From contig NW_026889779.1 in NCBI RefSeq assembly GCF_033153115.1, forward strand, positions 22,010,001 through 22,074,000: 64,000 bases of DNA, written 5' to 3'. Below, piece after piece: positions 26,009-38,716 of the stretch. A program made the translations under genes and the position numbers. The stretch's first letter is position 1. Each line of letters starts with the position of its first letter. The DNA is from Saccostrea echinata. Lineage: Eukaryota. The notes below the pieces were generated by a model, which was not told the origin of the DNA, did not search any database, and saw only the letters and a list, made by a program, of their open reading frames with translations.

Positions 26009-29000
26009 GTCTCGGATAAGTGAGTTTATTTCAGTAACCCTAGTAATATTTATCTATTCCGTATAAGTTACGTACATTCGGATAAATATAGATTTTCACC
26101 CTTAGTCACAAGCTATCATTCCGGATAATTGAGGTCCATTCGTATATAGTCTAATAGTAAGTTCTCTTCTACCTCCTTTCTCAAAGAATCGATTAAACGC
26201 TTAGGTCTTGGAAAATTTTTGGGAGTTAAATTGTGGCAATGTTTTAAATTTTTTAAATCAAATAAGTTTGATTTTTAGTATAACTATTGAGGTTTGTAGT
26301 TTCAAAGCAAATTAGACGTATCAATGGCGAAGTTTGACTTTGGATTTGGCCTGATTGGACTTTTTCGTAAACTGAATTGATTTTACGCGATATTGTAATG
26401 TGTGAGTTACAGATAAAAGGAATAAATAAACATTAAGATCAGTTTGGGGGTCAAAGGATTGTTTAACTTGAGTATTATTTTTAGGAGCGAAATGTTAAAC
26501 TTCGAGTTCATCATAGCTATAACGGGGGGGGGGGTTAATTTCATAAAACACGGAATATTCTAAGAAGCCGGGCTTATTAGACGGATTTTAGTTTGTTTTC
26601 TACATAGATTTATCGTGCTTGAAGGAGGTTTATTGATTCGCATTTTACAAAATGTAATCGTCGTTAAATCCGGAGAAAGCATTCAAGAGGATTTGTGCAC
26701 TTTCACTTTTTGAAGTAATCAAAGTACTGTATGTACTGAGAGGAGATTTATTAAGTTGTAGTAGTGTTATGCTCTATTTGCAGACTTGTAACGTTTCATT
26801 TGTTTATTGGTCTTTTGAAAAAGTATGGAAGAGTACTGTTTGTTTTCTTTTCCAATTTTTTAATTTTTTTTTTTCATGTTATCCTGGCATTTACATAGAA
26901 CATGTTACCAAGAAAACAAAAAGGTCTAAGGTTTTATAGGTGATATTGTATGAACTGATTTTCCTATTACATAATGGGAGGGGAGTTAATTTGTATATTA
27001 TGTTACACAATATATGGGAACTCATGTGGTCCACATGGTCAATTACTGTATAAAAATCCAACTAATGAAAGCAAAATCACAGTTTATTGAAATAGGATGA
27101 AAACATTTCTTATTAATTTTGCAAGCATTTGTCTCACAGTGAGCAGTCAAACCATAGCAAAGCTGTGGAAATGTATTCTTCATATGCTTTAGAATAGGTA
27201 TGCAAATTTGCAGGGTTCGGGCACAAGCAAGGAGCAAATGATATTGGTACAAAAGGCAGTAAGTACAATAAAAAACCTTAAGTGATAGTGATTACAGATA
27301 TATGTTACCATGATTAATTATTTTCAGCTACATTACCAAAAACAGGTCAACATTTTTATTTTTTTTAAGACAGCTTTATCAGTGAGTCAACAGCTGCAGT
27401 GGGAACAAGATTCCTTTCCATCAAAGCATGACCTTATCACTTCCCCAGTAATTCATTAGAACAGTAATTAAAGATTTGCAAAAAAGAAATAAGTAGGAAA
27501 TGTTGCAGTTGTGCTACAACTAGATATAAAAGTGGCATTGGCAAATGATATATTTATCCTAATCCAGCTACAATTAATTGCAACTATTAGATTACATTAT
27601 GAGGGAAAGTATAATTTGGTTAAGCGGTCTTTGTGTGTGTGTGTGTGGGGGGGGGGGGCATATTTCAAGTAAACTGGTAATTTTTTAAGTAGATGGTCAA
27701 AATCAAATTGGTTCCTCATCTCCTTCGGATCGATTGAGTTCTGATATTTAGTTAAGCTATTAGAGCACTGTGATAGGCAGGTTAACAAAGTGATTGGTCA
27801 GGAGTCTCACTCGGATAAGCAGCACCCACCACTTGCTCTGTATGTTGCTTATCACGCTTTATTTGAATGGATAGTCTGGTAACGCGTGCGACGAGACGGG
27901 GAAACAAAGCTTGTCGAATAATCATTTAAATATAAATTACCGTATATATGAATCAACAATTATCTAAAGATTTAATAGGTTGATGTGAAATTGCAATATT
28001 GAATATCAACTAGTATATTGAATTTTCTAGTATATAAGAAAGGTCAAAACCAAGGAGTTAATAATGTGTTGTCAAAACAATATTGATCCATTTATTTAAG
28101 GTACACTACGATATTCAATTTTAAGCTAATCTGGTAAGGGATATCCAAGATATGTCCAGAAGTATGCCTTATCAAGTAAACCAGTTTTGTCCAGCGCACA
28201 TACCCGTGGACAAAGAATTGCAACATACTCAAGATTTTGTTTTCTCGGATATTTTATGGTGCTTGTTTATTTTATTACGCACCTATGTCAGTGTCTAATG
28301 GGGATTTAAGCCTTGAGACTAATTTTATCATTCTGTTTAATTATTACCAAATACATGTATAATTGTGTGTAATACACAATGGTCCACGCTTATACCTAAA
28401 TTTCCCAGAGATCAAACTACTCCCTCGTAGACATTTTTTTGAATACTCAGAACATTTAGTTTCGCAATTACCTCGAATTATATAACTTAATGCCTCTGTT
28501 TTGCGATAAAGTCAAGAAAGTTATAAATCTCCCTTCATTTTCGGGACATAACATATTGTTTACATATATTGTTTACGCTAGCGACAATGGAATGATACGA
28601 ACAATAAGTATGCCGAATGTACAATGTAATGCCGATGGTTGCACATCAGAAAGCAAGTCAAAGTATTCGGAGTTTTTAGATTCCCAAAATAACGTTTATC
28701 AGAAAGAAATGATTAAACTTATTATTAGAATAGTCTACTTACAGGGAAATATCCACAAAAATTTACACAAGAGAGCTAGCATTTTAATTTCAGCAGCGTG
28801 GTGCGCCGAACATTTAGCAAGGTATTTCATCAGGGCTTCTTTCTAAATCTGCAGTGATCAATCTCATAGTGTAGTCAATAGCTATAGCACATTGTCCTCA
28901 GCTATTAATCAACGTATCCTACCTTCAACGCAAAAGAGTTTCATTACGTTAAGTAATAGCGATATAAAGTATTCTTTCTTTTGTTTAAAATAGGTTAAAG

Positions 29001-29600
29001 TACCGTTATGGCATGAGGTTATATAAGGCTAAAATTAGTCGTACTTTAAAACACTTATTAGGTGATGATTAAATTAATAAGCCTTGGTAGTTATTGGTAA
29101 TTAAATTAAAAAAAAAAGTTAACGGTTAGAATGTAGTCATATAAGGCGTTTATCATTTTTCAGGGAAACTGAGAGCAGGTTGAGTCAGTATTGGATACTG
29201 TATATCATGCCGATATGTTTTATTATTTGTAGAATACAAAATTTAAATCCCATTCACTACAATGAGGGAGCAACCGCTAAAGCACATTTGCTATCAAGAT
29301 GCAACGGGGGAGGTTATTTTAGCTTTGAAACGCTGGCTATAAAATGCACATGTTTATGCATCCATTAAGTAGTTGTTACAAGGCTCACATATTTTTACTT
29401 TCTTTCATTCCAATGATTTATTTTTTTGAATTTTGCTATGGATTATAGTTGTTTGATAAATTGCGAAGAGGGAATTCGATTTATGCAGCTGGGGAAATGA
29501 GAAAGGGGGGGGGGGGTTAAGGATATCATATAGTTTTAAAAGTATTCTAAAAGTTGAGAGGTGACGTAAATTTCTCGATTTTGTTCAATATGGGTCTGAT

Positions 29601-30000
29601 TAGGGCTGGGACGATCCAACTTTTTCTATATCGATACGTATCCCGATATTTGAGCCACGATACGATATGTATCACGATATGTTTAATTGGTTATAAATTC
29701 TTTTTTTATATTGAAATGAACAAGATATTTCTTCACAAATAAGAATAATTTATTCAAAGAAGTTGTATATCTGTTGTAAAACTTAATTATTTTGGTCTTA
29801 ATTATTATGTATTTCATATTCCTATTTATATTAAGCATATTTATTTTACATATTAAACCCAAAATGTTAAGTTAACAAAGAAAAACATTAGTCAGAATTT
29901 TTTGGGAAATATGTCGATATTTCTTCATACGTATCGATATGCGTATCATCCTCACATTGAATCGATATTATCGATATCTCGATATATCGTCCCAGCCCTA
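29601..30000. mobile_element. hAT-type MITE
   Basis: TIR TAGGGCTGGGACGAT / ATCGTCCCAGCCCTA; exact 8-bp TSD GGTCTGAT; CGATA subterminal repeats. Confidence 0.9.
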
Positions 30001-31237
30001 GGTCTGATACACTCCAAACTTTTTAGTACACCTATAACCAATACTTGCAAGGATAGTTTAAATTTTTTATAAAAGCCATAAAAATGCGTAACAGGAGTAA
30101 CAGCCTAGTAGGTAAGTAAGACGATTAAAGAAACCATCGGGACGGGAAATACAGTGCAGGTAAGGATCCACAATTTTAGATTAAACGGGGAGTTGTTTTA
30201 TACTGAAAAGTCCATAATTGCATTTCAACACATTTGTTAAAATAATTATAACGGAATAGGTGAATGACTGTTGGCGATTTAAATTCATATTTTGTTTTAA
30301 TGCATTGAATAGTAAATTGACTAATAAGTCACTTGTTTTATAACTTGTATTGGTGAATGAGCAGGCCCTGGTCGACGGTGACCATTTGCGTTGAGGTACT
30401 GCCGCCGTCACCATGGTTCTTGGCACCCCCATTGGTGGCGGTTGCAGTTCCATGTTTACTCGTGGTAGACACGAGTATTCATGGCCCTTGCAAGTGGCGT
30501 ATTCCGTCGCACCTCAACGCAACTGGAGGAGTGCAACACATATTCTTACGCTCATTCCATTGTTTATCCTATTGCACATGTAAATTGAAATTCAGGATTT
30601 GAATTTGTGCATTGGCTTGTAATTGACAAGCAGTTGACTTGATTGATATTGAATTGATTGATTGATTGAATTTGATTGATTGATTGATTGAACTTGATTG
30701 ATAATTGAATTGGTGACGTTCATGCACTTGTGACCTACCCAGTGCATGATCCGCCCGATTTGGGTCGTCACATTTGTTGTATTGATTGTTGATTGTGGGG
30801 CAGCCCTGTGGTAGCCCCAGCAAATTGATCACCGCGGCCAGAAGCGCCAAATTAAACAAGCAAAATAATATCTGTTGTTTGTTTGATTAATAGGGAATCT
30901 GCAATAATACCACTTACACGAGCCTGGTCTCGGATAAGTGAGTTTATTTCAGTAACCCTAGTAATATTTATCTATTCCGTATAAGTTACGTACATTCGGA
31001 TAAATATAGATTTTCACCCTTAGTCACAAGCTATCATTCCGGATAATTGAGGTCCATTCGTATATAGTCTAATAGTAAGTTCTCTTCTACCTCCTTTCTC
31101 AAAGAATCGATTAAACGGTAAGGTCTTGGAAAATTTTTGGGAGTTAAATTGTGGCAATGTTTTAAATTTTACCCACCCACCCTCCTCTTGTTTTTAGAAC
31201 AAATACTGCTGCTTTTTGTTATGTCATTGTAGCTGAA

Positions 31238-31537
31238 GACTGCCTGCTTCGTCCAGCTTCCACAAAAGCCTATGTCGCGGTGGTGGATTATGGGTGTTCG
31301 CATATTCCGTAAGGACAGCTTGCTTGGTCCAGCACCTACATCAGCCTACGTGGCGATGGTGAATTTTGTGTGTTTGTGTATTCTGTAAATACAGCCTGAT
31401 TGATCCAGCGTCCACATCAGCCTATGTGAAGGTGGTGAAATCTGTGTGTTTGCGTATTCCGTGATGACTGCCTGCTGGGTACAGCGTCCACTTCAACTGA
31501 TGTCGCGGTGGTAATTATGTGTGTTTGCGTATTCCGT
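31238..31537. repeat. Diverged tandem repeat, 4 x 76 bp
   Basis: Units start at 31238, 31314, 31390 and 31466 (GAC.GCCTGCT..TCCAGC..CCAC..AGCCTATGT..GGTGGTG..TATTCCGT). Confidence 0.85.
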
Positions 31538-31935
31538 CGCACCTCAACGCAACTGGAGGAGTGCAACACATATTCTTACGCTCATTCCATTGTTTATCCT
31601 ATTGCACATGTAAATTGAAATTCAGGATTTGAATTTGTGCATTGGCTTGTAATTGACAAGCAGTTGACTTGATTGATATTGAATTGATTGATTGATTGAT
31701 TGAATTTGATTGATTGATTGATTGAACTTGATTGATAATTGAATTGGTGACGTTCATGCACTTGTGACCTACCCAGTGCATGATCCGCCCGATTTGGGTC
31801 GTCACATTTGTTGTATTGATTGTTGATTGTGGGGCAGCCCTGTGGTAGCCCCAGCAAATTGATCACCGCGGCCAGAAGCGCCAAATTAAACAAGCAAAAT
31901 AATATCTGTTGTTTGTTTGATTAATAGGGAATCTG

Positions 31936-31938
<3 letters not shown>

Positions 31939-32016
<78 letters not shown>
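31939..32016. repeat. (TA)n microsatellite
   Basis: Uninterrupted TA run. Confidence 0.98.
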
Positions 32017-32018
<2 letters not shown>

Positions 32019-33790
32019 TATGGACGAAACACTAATGCATATACTATCATTATTTAAATGAGGAAAGATCCAACTGAAAAAATGAAATACAAAATTTTAC
32101 TATAAATTGATATGATGATATAATAAACTCGATATTATTGTAATAGTCCACCATTATGTGAAAAGTTTCAGAAATGAAAGACTTATTTCGTAGAGATGTT
32201 TTCTAAACGTTTATGCATAGTATTAACAAGAAAGATAAATGAGGATTGTAAAAGAAGCTTAATATTGATTTGTTATTTTACTGTGATATGGTATTAAACA
32301 GTAGCTTCCTTCGCCACAGATTTCTTTCTGCTATCAGTCACAGCAACAGCCACGAAGGCCCTTTAAAATCTATTGTGATTCTTATATTTTATGTGATATG
32401 AAAACCTTTAGACGAAAAAGATGTTGTTAGATAATTGTGTTTTTATGCCCCCGTAATTGAGCATTAGGTGCAGATAGGTTTTAGTCTGTCCTTTACTATG
32501 TATGTAAGTCTGTCTATTAATCGTTTTGTCTGTTTGTCCGCAAGAAGTTCAACCTCGCCCATAACATATGAATGGTTGGTGATAGGGCTTTCATATTTCA
32601 CATGTGTATATTCACTGTGACAAGACCTTTCTTTGGGTAACATATTTGTCCTCTTGACCTTGACCTTGGAGTTTGACCCACTTTTGCAAAATTTTACCAA
32701 ACTTAAACCTTAGTCATAACTTTTGAATGGTTGATGCGAAGGCTTTTATATTTCACACATGTAATTCATGTGACCAGACCATAGGCACTTGTTTCGTATA
32801 TGGGGTCACCCTCTAATTTTTTTTTTCCACAATGTACCTAACTCAATTTCAGACACCCCCACTTCAAACTCGTATTTTGTTAATATATCAATCATTAACC
32901 TACTTAAAAAATGACATCGTTCGCTTCAAGAGACTTTTTTTCTTGTCAAATAAATTATTTTAGACGTCTCTGGTCGAGCCTCTTTATTGTAAACCACTCA
33001 TTTATTCCTCGAAAATTACCTCGATAAATTTTAAGACTCTAGACGAGATACAGGATCTTCCGGTTAGGGTTGTAGTGTACGATAAAACCAAAGACCTCAG
33101 AATGGAAAACTCGAAAGTCTCTGGTTTTATCCTACATTTATTATCCGAACCGGAAAAAAAAATTCCAGAAGTAAGTACATCGAGGAGATGATTAATTACG
33201 TCTTTTAATTTATTGTTGAGTAGTAGATAAAGAACAATCATGTTGTTCTTTTCACATATATTTTTAATTTTATTAGTTTTTAATTTTAAGCGAAAACCAA
33301 CAGTAGAGCTCCTTTTTAAAAAAAAATACGAACGAACAAAAAACATTCTTCAGGTAGGAATGCTTTTGTTAAGCAAATAATTCAAAAATTACCAAAAACA
33401 CCAAAAATTAAGTCTCCAACCATACACAACATCTTTACTAAAAAGGAGCATCAGATATATACAAGTATATAACATGTTTAATTTTTCACAGTGGGATGTA
33501 GTTTTGGTCAATTAAGTGTGGACTTCAAAACGTACCTGATAATTTTACACGACCATAAGCAATGGGCATTCTAAGTTTAAAGAAAATAAAAACATAAGTT
33601 AAAAAGTTGTACATCTAATAGTAGAATGAATGTAAATTATGTATAGTATCATTTTATTCCAAATACCAGAGATACAAGTAAGGATATCGTAAAACGTTTC
33701 TAATTTCTTGAAAAAGAAAAGAAGACATAACCTGTAAAAGAGAAGAAATAATTCCGTTGATTGATAAACATTTTTATAAAAGAGAAGAAA

Positions 33791-33959
33791 TACCGTATAT
33801 ACTCGCCTATAAGTCGGTCCGCCTATTTTTCAGCTTAAATTAGAGGGATTGACCCAATAAAATACCAGTCTTTTTATAACTCGCGTATAAGTCGGATAAA
33901 GAGTTTTGGACCAAAGTTTAACTCCCAAAAAACCGACTTATAGGCGAGTATATACGGTA
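33791..33959. mobile_element. Tc1/pogo-type MITE
   Basis: TACCGTATATACTCGCCTATAAGTCGG / CCGACTTATAGGCGAGTATATACGGTA perfect TIRs. Confidence 0.85.
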
Positions 33960-36900
33960 TATGTAATTCCATAGGTTAATAGATAAATTCTGTATTTTGT
34001 GGAGATCTGATCATCTTTAAGAAATGTGTATGTTTTTAAAGTTTGCAATTTAAAATACTAGTATTTAGTAACTATATATGCCAACTCTATAAAAATTAAT
34101 ATCACCACCCCCTAATGAAATTTGAAGGTGTTACCATTCTTCGGAAAAGTGTATTACAGTTCTTAATACCGGATAAAAATCAAGATTAATATATATTTAA
34201 AACTTCTTCCAAGTTTGAAGTGTTGCTACATCTTTGTCTGTAGGTGAAGCATTGAATTGCTCCAGAACAATGTGATCTTTAATTGGAAATTTGGAAACGT
34301 GCATTAACCATACATATCTCTCCAACTGAGAATGTTAACAGGAGCATCTAATAAAAAGTACAAGATTCTTTCTAAAGACATTATCTTAATTTGCTTTTAC
34401 AAGCCCTTAAATGCATGATGGAATCGTTAGCACTGTAAACTAGTTGTCGGGTTCAGAAAGTGGGTATCGGACTTCTTAGGAATTATTTTATAAGTTGTGA
34501 AGTATTGATACAGAGGATAAATGAACAAATAGAAATCATTTATCTAATATCTTAAATAAACAAATGCATGGTAATCTTTGGAATGGACAAACTAAAAAAT
34601 CATGCAGTTTCCTGATTACTCATCCAGAAAATAGAGGTCACACAGAGCATCCGACCAATATTGAGAGTGAGCTTCCTTTGGGGAATCAAGAATGAAAAAA
34701 AACCCTGCTAAGTATGGAAAACCAACGGGTTCACAATTCCAACTTTGTAATTCTTTTAATGTATACTTGTAAACCTGAGTTTGTGAATTGCAAATCATAA
34801 TTTCATAATTTGTAAAAATTGTTTTATAACAATTTGTTACTTGTAACAACACAGCTTGTGTAAAATGCAATTGCAAGTTGTCAATGCGAACATGTAACTA
34901 GTAGACTTCTGTTTTGTCATATGGTTTGTAAATTATGCAACGCTGCACTAAGTTAACAATTACGAAAAAGAAAGAGGGCGATGTACGGGGGCAAGTCATT
35001 TCCCCTCATGCTGAAATGAGTTTCGTACGAAGCCATATGCAATATGTCCTCAAGCTGTCTCTTTAACCCGTTTGCAAACAAGATGGTTGGATACAGGAAA
35101 GGGAGGAGGTATTCCTAGACCCACCTTACTGAAGCTTTCCTTTACAAAAAAAGAGAAATGTATTCCAACTAAATATACTTAAAGGGCCTTGTTCTTATAG
35201 CAACCCTTGTATGTTTTAGTTTGACATGAAGTATCGGGAAGGGGAGAGTCTGTCCCCTTTCCCTCACTTTTTTTCCCGAGGGTTATCTTTTTCTGTCAAT
35301 TTAGTATGGAAATTAATTTCCATTTACAGGTTGGTCCCCCTCCAAGCGCATCTTTGTCGCAGCACTTCAACTCCTCCCGTTAATGTTATTCTAGTAAAAA
35401 AAAAATCTTGAAAGTTGGAGCTATTAATGCATTTCAAAAAGACATCATTTTTCTGAAGTTTATAAATCTTAATGTAAGATGTCTTCCGAAAGATCTGGGT
35501 CTAAAAGAAACACTCGGGTCAAGTTCACATTGAGTGCTTTTGGTTTTTTGTTGTTGACTATCTGATATAAAGTACATTCTTCACGAAGCACATTTATTTA
35601 AGGACAAATGATACACAGAAAAAAAAATGGATGCCTAGCTTGGTATATATTTTTTAATATATTTTGGTTTCAAATGATTAGAATTATAAGTTTCTAAAAT
35701 ATTAAGAATTAATTGTATACTTTCTACGATGTTCAAAATTCCAACATTCTGCAGCCATCCTTATTACTCTATACAAATTTTTGTCACAATTAAATTATTT
35801 TGTTAAATTCAAATATTGTAAAACTTCGAAAGAAAAATGAAAATCTATACGTTAAACTTATTCATTTGCATATATAAATATGACTTAAGTCGTTATTTTC
35901 AAGATTTTTGATAAAAGTTTGTTCGTATCATCTGTCCTTAAGAACAATTTTGGTCTCTCAATAACTGAAGACTTTTAAAGCCAATATTTTCAAAGCTAAG
36001 AGACAACAAATGATTTGATTATATTTTTATGCTATGATATAACTGTCTGTGAAAGCTTCTTTTTTTATTGATCATTGGCACCAAACGTTATAGTTGTTGG
36101 TACCCGGAAATGTATATTTTAACAAAATAAAATAACAAAAACTTACCATGATGAAAAAGAATATGACTTTGAAATTTTTCTTTAGATGAAAAGGATAAAC
36201 TACAGAACATAATTGGCACTAAGACTTTGTTACCCTTTTCTATTATCGGGATGATACATGGGTTCATTCATTGGGTTGGGTAAATATAATTGCCGTGAAA
36301 ATAGCATTGCCTTCTTAGTTACCTTAACAGCAAAAAGACAATCCATATGGTAGTAGAACCGGGGATGAATTGTTCATCAGAGAATTTGAGAACACGAAGA
36401 GATTATCTTTGAAGGAGTTTAGATGTATAACTGTTTTTGACTTCGAAAATGTTCAAAACTATTTGCTGGACACTGAATTGTTAAGAAATATAAACACATT
36501 TGATAGGATGAGGCATTTTGTCATTATCTCATCTAGGAAAATGATCATTCTGAAGAATGTTCATTACATTATATTATTATATGTTAAGCTATAAAAAAAA
36601 TGAAAATTGAAAAAATGAGACCATGAATGTCGTCACTACACTGAAATATTATTCATTACAAAAACATTTTGCTAAAGAAAGATTTCATGAACATATATTA
36701 TCGAAAGAACATGTGTGAATCTGCATTTTCATTGACTGTATTTTCATTTTTGTAACGATAAATACTGCCAAAAGGAAAAAAAAATTACAAAGTATACGCA
36801 AAGTTATTGATCATACATAAATCGCCTTAAAATGAGGCCAAAGAAGATAAACAGGCGGAGGTTCCTAAATTTTTATATCATTCGTAACTAAAGCTGATCA

Positions 36901-38716
36901 TGAGCAGATAGCCCACCAATATTTTTCATCTCAATTAGAGATTTTTATCTCTTGATAACGAACGATAGATTTCAAAGATTCTGATGTCAGTGCAAATATT
37001 TGTATGCATGTTTTTTAACATTTTACATGACCAATTCTATTCGGATATATAGCATCGTAGAGATTTCAAATCATATTTATAACAGCTTCAGAATATATGT
37101 TATTTTTTTCAGTAACATGATTCTCCAATATATGTGGTTAGATGTACTATATGTATTATACGGTCAATTAACTACAGCTTTAGTACCCAAAATGTAATTA
37201 GATTAAGTTTCATTGAAGAATTCAATGAAATACCGAGTATGAAGAAAGATAACTCGTATACATTAAAAATTGTGCTGTGCAAATCCCTATCTCACAAGTA
37301 AAAGAGAAGAATTTATGTGGAAAAAAATATTTGTTCCATCTGGTTCACTTGTTCGGGGTGATATTTTAATCGACATTTAATGTATTTAAGTAAATCGCAT
37401 ATATCTCACAGAATGGAATATTATAGGATATTTATTTTAAATAATTTGACATAAAATATTTTTTGGAAAAAATCAATCACCGTTTTCCTGTTTTTATTAT
37501 TATTATTATTATTAAAATCTACTAAAGATGTTTTGTGTGTCTTGGTTTTCATTAAGTCTGAGAGTAAGAAAACTTAAAATGATTGCACTGATATAATTCT
37601 GCTGAATACAGCTATAAAATTCATATCTCATATTCATTTAAAGTTTTCTATTATTTTATTTAAAGGTCAGTTGTATCCAAAATCACAAAAAATCTTTGAT
37701 TTCCATATGCTTTTTCCCATTTGGGCTAAAAATCAAATGTAAAAAATATGTATTTAACAGGGAACTAGGCGAGAGAAAGTTTTATATAATGTTGTTAATT
37801 TTTACAGGGTGGAGGTATGGCAAAATTTACAATATGATAGTTGTTACCAGATTTTAAATTTTGCATATACTTTCTTCCAGAAAATTTTAGATTTACATTA
37901 TAATACTTAAACGAAATACTATACCACATGTATCTCTCTCTATCTTGAAGGGGTTTTAAAACCTTGAAAAGATTATAATGTAATAGTAATTTTATTTTAT
38001 GATCTTTTACAATTTTTCAGTGCATAAATACATGTACTAGTTATTGTTTGTACTCATGTACAACAGTTGTATGTTTAGTTCCTGGGCACATGTTGTAATC
38101 AATCTATTTAAAAAAAAGAAACCTGAAGTATATAATTCCATGTACATTTGTTGATGAATTAGTTTTATTTCGAAATTATTTTTATGAAATAACAACAACA
38201 TATTTTAATACTGTTTTTATGACATGTGGTTCTATTATTTGAAGCATAATATTTCCAGGAACAAAATACACAAATACAATTCTTTAGGCCTATATTGATC
38301 AATACAGAGAAAAATTAGGAAATTAAACGAGACTTACCTTGGTAAAGGCGAAGTTTGATTCCAATTATTGGAGTAAATAAAAGGCACTGTAGAGATAAGG
38401 TGAATAGTACTGCGCAGCCGCCAAGTCATTGCTTCAAAGCTAAAATTTTTTGGGTTGATAGATTTGCAACAAAACATCAAACCCAAATTCATTTCACTAA
38501 TAATTTCAAATAATACATTCACCACCTGCAGGGTGGGAGGGAGGCACCTTATCTCTACAGTGCCTTTTATTTACTCCAATAATTGGAATCAAACTTCGCC
38601 TTTACCAAGGTAAGTCTCGTTTAATTTCCTAATTATTTTTCGTAAACGTCACTTCCGAGATAATGTGAATCTTTAAAGCACAACACAAAAAATTTTTCAA
38701 ACTGAAATCAAATTCT

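Larger units (their letters stand above)
26009..31940. mobile_element. Putative non-autonomous split-direct-repeat (Ngaro/PAT-like) retroelement
   Basis: A1 26009-26252 matches A2 30927-31170 (2 mismatches). B1 30497-30906 matches B2 31527-31940 (one extra ATTG unit). Order is A1...B1-A2-B2; the right end abuts (TA)n; no long ORF. Confidence 0.6.

Noticed and set aside
30569-31893. Duplicated signal-peptide-like ORFs MFNLALLAAVINLLGLPQGC...
   Set aside because: They start at a non-ATG codon, run through an (ATTG)n microsatellite that changes frame between copies, and lie within the B repeats.
36147-36210. Candidate first exon of Ly6 gene A (ATG...CATG|gtaagt; alternative at ~33667-33731)
   Set aside because: Good donor and compatible phase, but the peptide is not a convincing signal sequence. 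Left unassigned.
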